This document shows positions 43,301 to 53,900 of a stretch of 64,000 nt of DNA, one piece after another (within the stretch, counting starts at the first letter, position 1; every line of letters starts with the position of its first letter). The notes below the pieces were generated by a model, which had not been told where the DNA came from, did no database searches, and saw only the letters and a program-made list of their open reading frames with translations. The translations under genes and the position numbers were made by a program. This stretch comes from an uncultured Armatimonadia bacterium (lineage in GTDB: Bacteria; Armatimonadota; Zipacnadia; CAVVLO01): the NCBI GenBank assembly GCA_963749155.1, contig CAVVLO010000003.1, forward strand, positions 544,001-608,000, given 5' to 3'.

Positions 43301-43646
43301 TGACCCGCAGGATGTGTCGGGCGCCGAGGGCCTGGACCTGAGGCTGTGGGCGCCGGAAGGGCAGCAAAGCCCAGCCCAGTGTTATGTGATGGTGGTCGAC
43401 GCCGCTGGCCACACCTGGGCGACCAGTCTGGAGACGCGGCTCTCCGACTTCGGCGAGTTCCGCGCCCTGGTGCCTTTCTCCAAGCTGACCCCCGCGAGCT
43501 GGGAAGAGCAGGCCAAAGGCCCCCTGGACCTTACGCAGGTGGCTGGGGTCGTAGTTGGCTGGGGCGGGTATTTCGGCAAGGAAGGCGAGCGGCTGGAATA
43601 TACAACCGCCCTGCCTGCCTTGTTCTCGATTGAGGGACTGGACTAG
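40356..43646 (+). CDS. Secreted GH106-like glycoside hydrolase with N- and C-terminal beta-sandwich domains
   Basis: Signal peptide; LNGQWRF...YDGIAWYR...GKVDDWD domain; FWLYDELGYPSGTAGG, FTDEP and GHLLLEE motifs. Confidence 0.78.
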   Translation: MRTSLLAFILLLVSATGLVAAPLPAEFANLNGQWRFQTDPYEVGESEGWQAPGYDDSTWRQLKAPGLWEPLGITDPRPGQAPIPVGVMGYSDYDGIAWYRSSFELPADWEGNPLLFTLGKVDDWDKVWFNGVYLGGLADESTTVPSQTVRVYEVPDSAARYGATNVLAVQVKDGGGPGGITGPFITLLPKSLMEAKAMYSSPEASLRDRFLNPPSENRILPIWHGAAYRDDADGVLQELLAQGFGGIATNVPFDEATYLRNPAHWANLKAILEAGKAAGLTFWLYDELGYPSGTAGGLTMENNPEWQCAALLVSEADTSGESVALAVPPGQLVLAAAYPTKEGNLDLAGQVDLSTQIVDDKLNWTPPAGDWHIVLIGNDYIHEGAHVSVALGDKLRKYVNLLMAEPTEKFCEVTHEAYAANLGDDLSKYFVSTFTDEPSLQTLWFKTMPYKPLPWSPGFSAEFQSRRGYALEPLLPLLVAGSGSQADKTRYDYWTTVGELVSENYFGVIEEVCEAHNIKSGGHLLLEEPMAYHVPLYGDFFRCIRRLSAPSIDCLTSIPDQVPWNIARLLSSAAELNGDRETMCEQSDHVQRYRPEGDTRPIYQVSLEEIRGSINRLMLGGIHVITSYYNFEAFSTTELRELNKYVGRGSTLLKGGHQVTDIAVLYPSDSLCASFVPSYNWTDDAQKTKSIEQMYWNISDGLFRVCRDFIYVDAQALEDATVAPGKLVHGDLEWQVVVLPKTDTLPIAAWRKLADFWRAGGLVVAAGALPQSSESEFPSAEVQALAKELFTDTSGPAVTKSAAGGAALWLPQGQEFLLPLFLDALLEPDVRPLGEKTPIRTTHRRVGGQDVYMLANDSGEAWVGSVEVAGKGPGVLWEPLTGNFKPVEGGAPVELALGAYDTAFVTFEEVAPRKRLAGQVGQEAVRIIPLPDVKPDWGKGEYVEAELTADEAHSTTDRPAWKYVGTLTKSDTDTFLFAAFRFDPQDVSGAEGLDLRLWAPEGQQSPAQCYVMVVDAAGHTWATSLETRLSDFGEFRALVPFSKLTPASWEEQAKGPLDLTQVAGVVVGWGGYFGKEGERLEYTTALPALFSIEGLD

Positions 43647-44780
43647 CTGGCGCCATGATGGCGCGCCAGTTCGATAAAACGCTGCACTCTGGCAAGCGGG
43701 GTATCGGGCGTTATGGGGCTTGCGGGGCTTATGAAGAAGCCTCGCGCCTTGCGTCCGGCCTCGCATTGGGCAGCGACCAGGCGTTCTAGTTCGGAATCGG
43801 TCACTAGCTCCAGCTCTGTGTGGGGATTGAGATTACCGAAAAGGCTGACTCTGTCGCCGATTGCTTCTGCGATAGCACCGATATCGTTGGTGTAGCCCTT
43901 CATACTGGCCTCGACCAGTATGGCGTCAGGCGCGATGCCTGCGATGAGGTCGAGGCGGTCCATAACTCCGCCCCAATACATTATGATGGTCTTTAATCCC
44001 AGCCGGCGCGCTTCGTCAACCACAGCTTTCGTCGTCGGCGCGCAGAAGCGCTCGAACTGGCGAGGGCTAATCATATCGCTTGTGGCGCCCGACTCATCGA
44101 TGGTGATTGCATCCACGCCCATCGCGGCGAACTGGCGCACCGCCTCGAGATTCTGCTCGGTCAGTTTCCAGACCAGATAATCGTAAAACTCCGGCTCTTC
44201 GGCGATTGCAGCGTAGGCGTTGGCCATACCAAGCCAGCCGGTGCTAGTTCCAGAGGGCCCCGTTCACGCCCAGGCCACAGAGGAACTCCCTGTCCCCCAC
44301 TCTGTCCTTTACCGCCTGGATATAATCGCCCGAGCCGGCCTCAAGCGCCACTTCCGCGGGAGTGACGGTGACGTGTTCGTCCACATCAGACTTATCGCGC
44401 AGGTGACGCGTCTCGTTGGCAAGGCAGGTGGTGTCGATGGGCTGACCGTTGCTCCACACGGCTTGCCAGTCGCCCTCGGAACCGTCCCGACGCAACAGGG
44501 AATCGCCTTCCCAGCGCCACTGGCAGCGCTCTCGCCACTCTCGGGGAGGCGCCCAGTCGGGCTGCAGCACCTCGAAGGGGGCTCTGGCCATCATCGTCAG
44601 ATACACGTCCGCGTATTCCTCAGGAGAAGCACAGCCAATCCGGTACTGCTCCCCGGCGGGAAGGCCTGAGAGTTCGGCGAAATGGTCGCGCCTGAAGAGG
44701 CACTCGTAGAGGGCGGCCACCGGAAACCTGTCCACTGGCCGCCCCTCGAAGGTTGCGAATACACGCTCTCGGTTGGTCAT
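43643..44780 (-). CDS. URO-D/MtaA-CmuA fold protein (frameshift near 44240)
   Basis: MTNRERV...PVDRFPV, DMISPRQFERF, LFGNLNP and GFFISPASPITPDTP motifs. Confidence 0.8.
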
Positions 44781-44787
44781 TGCATCC

Positions 44788-45937
44788 TCAGCTTGCTGGC
44801 CACCTGGTCGCCGCATCGGCCATCAACTGGCTGATGGGCAGCTTGTTGGGGCATTTGCTTTCACATTCGCCACAGGCGGTGCAGACGCTCGGGTCGAAAC
44901 CTTCCGGGCTGGAAGCCCACCGAGCCGCGAGGTCTTCCAGGGCCTCTTCGACCTGGCTTGGCACCAGCAGATTGCTGTAGGCCTCAAGCACCTGCGGGAT
45001 AAGGATGCCCTGGGGGCACTCTCCGCAGTAGCCGCAGGCCGTGCAGAAGTGCTGCACGCTGGCGTACAGCTCGTGGATGCGCTCGTGCAGGGCCTCGGCC
45101 ACCTCGTGGCTGATATTGCCTTTCTCCACCGCCATCGCATTTTCGACCGCCTGGTCGGCGAAGGTGATGCCAGCCAGCGCTGTATGCACGCCGGGGTAGC
45201 TGATGAGATAGCGCAAGGCCGCTTCCACCGGAGTGTCGAAGCCAAGCCCCTGCACGGTGTTCTTAAGCGCGACCGACTTGCTGGCCATCGCGCCGCCAGC
45301 CAGGGGATTCATCGCGATAACGCCGATGCCGTGTTCTGCGCAGTACGGCAACCGCCTTCGCCCTGCTGGTGTCGCGCAGGTGGAAGGGGAGCGTCACGAC
45401 CTCGAAGGGGAACTCCTCCAGATAGCGGATCAGCCCGTCGGCGTCCATATGGCTGGTGATGCCGATATGGTCGAACAGGCCCTCGTCGCGCGCCTTGACG
45501 ATGCCCTCCAGAAAGCCGCCCGGCTTCATCGCCTCTTCAAAGGCGATGTCGGCATGGATGGCCCAGAGGTGATAACAGTCGAGATGGTCGACCTTCAGCA
45601 GGCCCATCGAGCGCTCTACCTGGCGCCTCGCTTCGTCCGCTGTGCGGATGCCGAAGCCAATGACTGGATTATATTCGCCGATACCGTCTCCCCCGTTGCC
45701 GGGACTTGATTTCGCCGTGATGATAAGCTTGCTGCGGTCTTCACCTTCGAGGCCGCCGGCCAGGAAGGACTCCGCCGTGCCGCCCCCATAGCCGGGCGCG
45801 ACGTCGAAATAGTTGACTCCAAGCTTGATTGCCTGCTTGACCGCCGCGGCAGCCGAATCGGGGTCAGCGAACCTCATACACCCGAAGCTGAGCGTCGAAA
45901 CATCCCAGCCGGGCCTCTCCATATGTCTATATTCCAT
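44788..45937 (-). CDS. Aldo/keto reductase with C-terminal 4Fe-4S dicluster domain (frameshift near 45355)
   Basis: LSFGCMRF, GVNYFDVAPGYG, HIGITSH, MNPLAGG, CTACGYCGECPQG and CTACGECESKCP motifs. Confidence 0.9.
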
Positions 45938-45967
45938 CCTGTTTCCTCCAGGGTTAATTTGGCTTGG

Positions 45968-47008
45968 TTACTTGCCGCGCGCTTTGGCGGCGCCGTAGTC
46001 GAAGCACTCCTCGAACAGCGCGCGCAGGCTTGCGGTGGTGCAGTCGGCATGGACGGCGTTGCCCGCGGTCAGCATAAACCGGCCCTCAGGGCGCCAGTAG
46101 GTATCTATCAGGAAGCGCGCCTCGCGCCGCACGTCCTCGACCGTGCCCCACGGGATGGCCTGCTGCACGTCGAAGCCCGCCCAGATGGTCAACTTGTCGC
46201 CCCACCTGGACGCGACCTCGGCTTCATCCATTGTATACTTTTGGATGGGATGGATGACGTCCAGGCCGATCTCGACGAAGTCCGGGAGGAATTCCATCAC
46301 ATCGCCGCAGGTATGCAGCCAGAAGTGCATCCCCAGCTCATGGGCCTTGGCAATTAATTCGGCGTAATAGGGCTTGTAGAACTCTCTGAAGAGCGCCGGC
46401 GAGAAGAAAGCGCCTTTCTGGGTACCGATATCATCGCTCGTAAAGATGCCATCGAGGTCGCCCTCGGCCTTGGCGCGTTCCATCATCCGCAGGTAGAAGT
46501 CGGTCAGCGCGCGGAAGAGCCGATGGACGCTCTCCGGATCGGTGTAGTAGTCGGTCAGGGCGTTCGTCATACCGCGCAGTGACCAGTGCCGCTCGAAGAA
46601 GCAGAACCACCAGTGGCCCAGCCGATAACGCCCATCGGCCTCAGGCGCCCAGGCAAGCAGATTGGGGTATTCTGGCGAGGGGAAGTCCGCGAGCACCTCG
46701 TCCAGTTGAGTCCAGTCGGTGATGGCAACCTGAGAATCTATACCGGCGCTTGACTGCTGCGGCGCATCGAAACATACCCAGCGATAGCTGGGATCATCCT
46801 CGGGCGCCTCGAAGATGGCTGGCATCCGCAACCCAACGAGCTGGACGTCCTGCGGATACTCGGCAAGCAGCGCCTCGACCTCGGCCTGGCGCTCTCCGAA
46901 GTGAGGGGGATGGACCCAGAAGTGCAGCAGCACGGGGACGCGGTCGGCCGCGCCGGTGCCGTTGATGACCGAGATGACCGCCTCTCTGGACAGTGGTTCG
47001 TAACGCAT
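45968..47008 (-). CDS. URO-D/MtaA-CmuA fold protein
   Basis: SLRGMTNALTD, SDDIGTQKG...SP, LHTCGD, HPIQ, GFDVQ and GTVEDV motifs. Confidence 0.88.
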   Translation of the reverse strand: MRYEPLSREAVISVINGTGAADRVPVLLHFWVHPPHFGERQAEVEALLAEYPQDVQLVGLRMPAIFEAPEDDPSYRWVCFDAPQQSSAGIDSQVAITDWTQLDEVLADFPSPEYPNLLAWAPEADGRYRLGHWWFCFFERHWSLRGMTNALTDYYTDPESVHRLFRALTDFYLRMMERAKAEGDLDGIFTSDDIGTQKGAFFSPALFREFYKPYYAELIAKAHELGMHFWLHTCGDVMEFLPDFVEIGLDVIHPIQKYTMDEAEVASRWGDKLTIWAGFDVQQAIPWGTVEDVRREARFLIDTYWRPEGRFMLTAGNAVHADCTTASLRALFEECFDYGAAKARGK

Positions 47009-47035
47009 TATGACCTCCGAAGCCCCTTCTGGGGG

Positions 47036-49019
47036 TCAGTATTTGAGCACAAGAGTGGCATAGGGCGCAAGGGCGACCTCACCCTCGTAGCGCTTGCCGG
47101 ATAGTAAATCGGTCGCGGGTCTGGGCAAGGTAACGCTCCCTGGCTTGCCTTCGAGTTCCAGCACCACGGCGCCCTGACCGCCCTCTCCAGCGCGCGGGAT
47201 TGCCAATACTGACTCTGAGGCCTGCCACTCGCGTTCGATGCCCGGCCTCGGTAAAAAGTCCTTCCAGGAAAGGCAGCAGTTGCTCGGGTTTCGGCAGGGT
47301 CGCCATCACGATGACCTGCCCCTTCCCCATCTGGGCGCGCGTGATAGCGGCCTTGCCCTCGTTCGGCCAGGCGGTGTAAGTGGCCAGCACCTCGGCCCCG
47401 CGCGACTCCAGCGCGTCCTGCCAGAGGGAGCCTTCTCCCTCCGTCCCATCCGCCCAGCGGAGTCGGCAGCGGCTTCGGCTCGATGGGGCACTCGTGCGCG
47501 CGGAAGACCTGCCCCCATTCCTCGAGGCTGCCGTAGGGGCCACTCCGGAGCTTGGCGCCTTCGCAGGTCCCGGATGTCGGTAAAGGGGGTGGCGATCCAG
47601 GTGCCGCCGGCCTCGATCCAGGCGGCCAGCCGCTCCCTTAGGCCCTCTTCATCGAGCGCCGGCAGGAAGGGCGAGATGACCACCGAGTAGTCAGCCAGGT
47701 CAGCCGCCGGGTCCACCACGTCGGCGCGCCAGTTGCGCTCGAAAAGGCCTCGGTAAAGGCCAGCGAGCAGGGCTTCCAGATAATTGAAGCCATAGGTCAG
47801 GGGCTGGTGCTCGAAGAAATGCCAGGCCCAGGTCGAGAAATGGACAGCGAGTTTGGGCTTCACAGGGCGAGTGCCTGTGATGAAGTCGCGGCAGGTCTCG
47901 AAGCCCGCGCCCAGCTCCTGCACCTCTCCAAAAGCATAGGTCGGACGGCCAAAACTGTCTACGACCGAGCCATGCATAAGCTCATGACCCGCCCAGTGGA
48001 CGCGCCAAAGCCAGTAGAGATTAGCCTCTCCGCCCATCGCGAGAGGAAGCCAGCTATTCACGCGGCAGAAACCTGGCTCCTTGTAGCCAGTCGTGGTCAG
48101 CCCGCCGGCCCAGGTAGCCTGGGTCTCGGTGTTCCAGAAGGGGGCGTCTTTGATGGGGCGGACATAGTCCATCCAGAAGACCTGCCGCCAGAGGCTCTCC
48201 TTCACGTCGTAGTGGTTGTACTGCACCAGGTCGAGTTTGCGGTGCATCTTGTAATAGGACAGGCCCGCAAAGGGCATCATATCGGTGCCGATGGGCTGCG
48301 TGGTCAGCGGGCCGCAAGGTATCCACCTGATGCTCGCAGAACTCGACGTAGGAGTCCGACTGGAAGAGCATCCAGGCGAGTTTGAGCGAGGGGTGGTGCC
48401 AGACGTTGCTGGTCGGGTGCGGCACCTGACCGAAGGCCTGATAGGTCTGGCTCCAGAGGTCCAGATCCCAGGCGGCGTTGAGAGCTTCGATGGCGCCGAA
48501 CTGGGCCCTCAGCCGGTCCTGGAACTTGCGCAGGCAGACAGGGCAGCAGCAACCAAAGGGCGCGTTGTAATAAAGCTCATTGTCGATCTGCCAGCCGATG
48601 ACGCGCTCATCCTGGCCGAACTCTTCAGCCATACGCGTAGCTATGCGCGCCGAGTGGTCGCGATAGACGGGGCTGTTGGGACACCCGTGCCGGCGGCCTC
48701 CATGACCGATTGGGCGGCCCTCTTCACCGACCGAGAGTATCTCCGGATAGCGCTCCGAGAGCCAGGCAGGCGGGGTGCAGGTGGGGGTGCCCATAACAGT
48801 TGCGATGCCGGCAGCTCCCAGCTTGTCGACCACCAGGTGCAGCCAGTCGAAGTCATACTGGCCCTCCTGAGGTTCCATCCGGCTCCAGGCGAACTCGCCG
48901 ATGCGCATCACATTGCAGCGAGCGCGCTTCATAAGCTCGATATCTTCGTCAATCAGTTCGAGGGGCCAATCCTCGGGATAATACGCAGCGCCCAGATAGG
49001 GCGGTTTGAAGGCGGACAT
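47036..49019 (-). CDS. Beta-galactosidase, GH42 (several frameshifts)
   Basis: GAAYYPEDW, IGEFAWSRMEPQEG, GTPTCTPPAWL, WQIDNE and FWNTETQ motifs; trimerisation domain in ORF 47306-48280. Confidence 0.92.
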
Positions 49020-49054
49020 AGGGTTCCCTCCATCGGTTAAGTGAGTCGTGGTCA

Positions 49055-49088
49055 GTTCGCCGCAGGGAAGCCACCCCCTGCCTCGAAC
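49055..49088. promoter_or_regulatory. Two overlapping divergent SigH-like motifs
   Basis: Minus strand GCAGGG-N16-CGAAC (49081-49055); plus strand GCAGGG-N16-CGAAC (49062-49088). Confidence 0.68.
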
Positions 49089-49120
49089 ATCCCTCCTGAG
49101 AGCAAACAAGGGGAGGCAGA

Positions 49121-49951
49121 TTGCGAGTGCAGAAGGACAACCAGACCGTCCGCGACCACCTTTGGCTGTGGGCGCACGATGCGCAGTTTTATGGTGAGGG
49201 CGCCGGCCTGCCCGGCATCGCCCATATCACGCCCCTCGAGGGCGCCTGCTATATGGGTATCCCGAACGTGATGTTCATCAGGTATTACGACAAGCCAGAG
49301 CCCCCCTTCGCCCAATACACAGTGCCCTTCAAGGCGCTGCGGAGCTTCGAGTGGTCGCTTTTCAACAACATCAACCAGCCCCATACGCTTGGCGCCGAGC
49401 AGGAAGAAGTCTACAAGCTGGCAGCTTTGAGGCCGAATATGACAGGCGTCGTAATGGATGATTTCGTAATCGCGACGGACGATGGCGCGCTGAAGCTGAC
49501 CCTCTCGCCCGAGCAGCTTGCCGAAGCGAAGCGACGTCTTGAGAACATCGAAGGCCGCAAGCTGGACCTCTCGGTGGTCGTATATGCTCATCAGCTTGGG
49601 CTGCCGCTGACCGAGCCGCTTGCCGACTCGGACGTTATCCTCTTCTGGACCTGGTATCCGGCGGAGCTACCGGCGCTTGCAGAGAATCTCTCGCGCGTGG
49701 AGGCCCTCTTCCCAGGCAAGCGGATCAAACTCGGCTGCTATATGTGGGACTTCAGCGCAGGCAAACCGATGCCGCTGACCCTGCTTCAGCAGCAGTGCGC
49801 CTCGGCGCTGGACTGGCTGCGCGCGGGACGCCTCGAAGGCATCATCTTCCTGGGCAGTAATATCTGCGACCTCGAACTGGAAGCCGTCGAGTGGACACGC
49901 AAGTGGATTTCCGAGGTCGGCGACCTGCCTCTTTCAGCTTCAGAGGAGTGA
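49121..49951 (+). CDS. Hypothetical protein (possible TIM barrel); start may be the GTG at 49127
   Basis: Intact 276-aa ORF with GGGAGG RBS; GVVMDDF, FWTW and LGCYMWDF segments. Confidence 0.7.
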   Translation: MRVQKDNQTVRDHLWLWAHDAQFYGEGAGLPGIAHITPLEGACYMGIPNVMFIRYYDKPEPPFAQYTVPFKALRSFEWSLFNNINQPHTLGAEQEEVYKLAALRPNMTGVVMDDFVIATDDGALKLTLSPEQLAEAKRRLENIEGRKLDLSVVVYAHQLGLPLTEPLADSDVILFWTWYPAELPALAENLSRVEALFPGKRIKLGCYMWDFSAGKPMPLTLLQQQCASALDWLRAGRLEGIIFLGSNICDLELEAVEWTRKWISEVGDLPLSASEE

Positions 49952-49958
49952 CCAACCG

Positions 49959-50879
49959 GTGAGGGACTTGCTATGGCACGGTGGATTGTTGGCGGGACTT
50001 GCGGTAATGGGCTATGCGCTGGCATCGGTGGCCCTGGCAGGCGGAGCCCCTTTGCAGACCCAAATTGAAGCGCCGCCTGACAGCTTTGTGCTGTGGCAAC
50101 TACCGGAGCAGACGCCCTCCCAGATGATGAGCTATGTGCTGGTGACCAAACACAAGCAGGTCATCGTGATTGATGGCGGTAGAGAAGGCGATGCGCCCTA
50201 CCTGCGCGGCTTCCTGAAAGCGCTGGGCAACAAAGTCGAAGCCTGGGTTATGACTCACCCTCATGCCGACCATTATGGCGCGCTGAAGGTCATCGCCTCC
50301 GACCCCGAGGGGCTGGTTATCAATCAGCTCTATGGCACCTTCCCCGACCCCGACTGGTACGCGAAATACGGCGACGACCAGGCAGGCGTGCCACTTTTCC
50401 TCGAAGCTATCAAACAGGCAGGCCTGGTGATGGAACCGCTCATCCCAGGGCAGGTAGCAGTGCTGGACGGGGTGCGCTTCGAAGTGCTGGCGACCATCAA
50501 TCCCGAGCTGACGGTGAATCCCATAAACAACCAGTCGCTCGTGATGCGCGTCGAGGACGACTACAAGTCTATCCTGTTCACTGGCGATGCCGGCGCGGAG
50601 GAAAGCGAGAAGCTTCTGGCTGGGCCCTATGCCGACCGACTGGCCTGTGATTATGTCCAGATGGCCCATCATGGCCAGCAGGGGGCGACAGAGGCCTTCT
50701 ATCGCAAAGTGAACGCCCGTTGGGCACTCTGGCCAACGCCGAAATGGCTGTGGGACAACGATACCGGCGGGGGCAAAGGCTCTGGCCCGTGGAAGACGCT
50801 TGAGACCCGCGCGTGGATGGAACAACTTGGCATTGAACGCAATATCACCACCTGGGAGGGCCTGGCGGTCATCCGCTGA
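49959..50879 (+). CDS. Secreted metallo-beta-lactamase-fold hydrolase (ComEC/Pce-like MBL domain)
   Basis: IDGG, THPHADH, NNQSLV, FTGD and MAHHG motifs; N-terminal hydrophobic signal. Confidence 0.88.
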   Translation: MRDLLWHGGLLAGLAVMGYALASVALAGGAPLQTQIEAPPDSFVLWQLPEQTPSQMMSYVLVTKHKQVIVIDGGREGDAPYLRGFLKALGNKVEAWVMTHPHADHYGALKVIASDPEGLVINQLYGTFPDPDWYAKYGDDQAGVPLFLEAIKQAGLVMEPLIPGQVAVLDGVRFEVLATINPELTVNPINNQSLVMRVEDDYKSILFTGDAGAEESEKLLAGPYADRLACDYVQMAHHGQQGATEAFYRKVNARWALWPTPKWLWDNDTGGGKGSGPWKTLETRAWMEQLGIERNITTWEGLAVIR

Positions 50880-50900
50880 GGCCGACTGGAGGGATACCTG

Positions 50901-53900
50901 ATGTTTGAACGCTGCGTTGTACTTGGACTTCTCCTGGCGCTGTCCGTGGGCTGCCACGCCGCGCTGATGCCTGGCGACCCTGACCGCATCGCTCAGGCCT
51001 GGGAGTTCAACGGGGCCGAGGCCGAGGGGTGGAAGGTCACGAACAACCTGGCAGATCTCGTGGTCGCTGAGGGCGTCCTGACCACTCAGGCGACGGGGCC
51101 AGATTCCAATATGGCGGTTTCGGACCTGGCTTTGCCTTGCGCGGAACTGACTCACCTTGTCCTCAGGATGAAGTCGGATGCGCCCGGCTCGACGCAGGTC
51201 TATTTCGCGACCTCGGCAAGCAGCGACCCGGCCGCCAACAGCGTACCGTCCTTCGGGATGCGCGCCGATAACGAGTGGCACGAGTACGAGGTGGCGCTGG
51301 CAGGGCTGAAGGGCTTCTCTGGAAATCTTGGCTATCTGCGTATCGACCCGGTCAACGGCAGCGAGTCGGCCCATATCGGCATCGACTATATACGACTGGT
51401 CGAGAAAGCCCCCCGCGTGGGACTTATCCGGTTTGCGCCCGATAAAGTCTGGACTGAGCCAGGCGCGACCGTAAAGCTGACACTTGAGCTGTCCGCCCTC
51501 GGCGGCGCGCCCTTGCCCGAACTTGTGGCAGAGCTTTCAGGGGTTGCCGGTAGCCTCCCGGTCATCCGAGATGACCGAGCCCACCGTTATATCGCAACCT
51601 GGGAAGTCAAGGCCCCTCCAGCCCCTGGCGCCAAGTGGCGCGTGGAGGTTAAAACTGGCGACAAGCTGCTGCTCGTTGCCGAGACCTGTGCGCTTTCGGT
51701 CGACAAATCGAGCCTGCCAGCCCCCTCTGGGCGGCTGCGCGTGGCCGAGGAGAACGGCTGGCTGGTTGTCGAGACGCCCGGAACCCAGCTTGCCGCGCCC
51801 CAGATGGGCAATGGCTATTGCCTTGGGGTGTTGCGCGGGCGGTTGCCGGATGGCAGTTGGGCCATCGCAGGCGTCTGCTCTCCGCTTGCAACGGTAGCTT
51901 ATCAGTTGGGCGGTGTCTTGAACTGGGTCACGCCCAATTTGAGCGTCCAGAGCCTGAGCGATGCGTCCGTCACACTTAATACCACCAGCAGCCCCTGGCG
52001 CGCAAATCTCGAACTGCGCCCCATCGCGGAGCCTTCTCGCATCGCCTGCACGACGAGGCTTGGGGCGCTTTCGGATATTAAGGTGGCGCGCCTGGGCGGA
52101 CCGACACTGCTGGCGGGCGAGGGCAGCTTTGGCGAGCAGAAGACGACAGCTCTCTTGCCCGGCATCGAGTGGCTTGAAGGCAAGCAGCGCTCCTCCGATG
52201 TGACTGTGGTAGGCGAGGGAGTCGGCTACCGGCCTATCCCCGCTCCCTTCCAGCTAACTGTCCCGCTGGTCGCGGTTGAGGCCGACGGGCTGCTGACCGG
52301 CCTGATGTGGGCGCCCTTGCAAGACTGGGGCGGCGAGGGGATGCCAATGGCAGAATTCGCCTCGCCCAACTTCCTCGATGGGCAAGCCAACCAGCTTTGC
52401 TCCGCTTTTGTACCTGGCTGGCCGGCATATGCCGCGCCCAACCAGCGCTCCGCCGCGACGCTTCTCGAATTGGCGACTGGAGAGGCGCTTTCCTTCGAGA
52501 CCCAGCTCTACGCGATTGGCGGCAAGACAACCAATGATGCGGTGCCGCTCTGGTATTCCGCCTATGGCCAGCCCGAACCGCCGACCCTCGTGCGGCCGCT
52601 GGTGGACTATGTGGGAATAATCGGCCAGTGCTGGGGCCAGACCTGTTACTTCCCCGAGCTGGACAAGTTCGTAAACCACTGGCGGGTTGGTCAGACGCCT
52701 TTCGAGGCGCCAGGCCTCAAGGCGCAAATCTACGCCACCTATCTCTGGACGGGCGATGACCGCTGGATTACCAAGGTCGGACTGAAGCCCGGCGCTGACC
52801 TCTTCAGCCTGACAGGAGACATCGCCTCGGACTTCGGGCTTGGGGAAGTCCCTGCCCAGATCGCCTCTCAGGAGGCCGATGGCAGTTGGCTCTATCACGT
52901 TACTGACGACGTTAAAAAGCGCTCAGAGGAGTTCACCGGCGGCAAGCGTCACGATTTGGGCGAGGAAGGCACTTCCTCCTCAGGCTTGATAGCGACCAAC
53001 GCGGTCGGAGTGATCGCCCACGCGCTTGCGACGGGCAACCCGGTCAGCGTCGAGGCCAGCCTGAAGGCGCTCGAAGCCATCAGGCGGTACAAGGTGCCCG
53101 GCCGGCTCGCAGACCTGGGAAGTGCACAAGGATACCCCGGATATCTATGGCGCAGCCTTGCTGACTGACTGTTTCCGGATGGGCTATGAATTGACAGGCG
53201 ACAAGAGCTACCTCGACGATGCCGTCTACTGGGCGCGGACAGGGTTGCCCTTCCTCTACAGCTACCAGGTGCCTGGCACCAGTATAAAAGGCGCAACCTG
53301 CGTTATCCCGGGCGACTCGCTGACCGAGGGGCCTGACCCGCTGGAAGGCGCGCATACCTCTGATATCGCCTTCGAGAATCCCGACCGCGAGCTTACCCCC
53401 TATGGGAGCATCCCGGTCTTCGGCACGTCCTTCTACGTGGTCAACTGGATGGGCAACCTGGTGCAGTGGTGCGGGCTGGTATGGGTCAGCAGCGCGCAGA
53501 GCCTGCTGCGCCATGTGGATGACCCCCTCCTCGAGAAAGCCGCCTGGGGCACGCTGGTCTCAGGCTGCCATCAGACCTTCGACAAGGAGCCTCTCGTCGG
53601 CCTGTTGCCCGACACCTGGCATCTGGGCAGCAACACCGCCTATCCGGCGCTTATCTCGGTGGCCCGACTGGAAGATCCGGTGCTCTCGGCGCTTGGGCTG
53701 AAGTACCCCCAGAATACCCAACTGGTGGTGCTGAGGGCTGAAGGAGTAGCCCCAGTGCGTCTGGCGACCCAGGGGGCCCAGAGCGATGCGCTGCTGACCG
53801 CCACAGGGCTTGCCTGGAGCCAGAAATATCCCGCGGGCGCCGAGTGCGAGGCGGCTCTGCTTGGAGTTGCGGCCGTGACCAGTGTGAAAGTGGACGGCCA

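Noticed and set aside
29906..47008. hemE call for the URO-D-fold genes
   Set aside because: No RQAGR motif and no tetrapyrrole pathway context
49959..50879. Competence gene comEC or a beta-lactamase
   Set aside because: Only the stand-alone MBL domain is present, with no membrane competence domain; the motif pattern is not that of class B beta-lactamases
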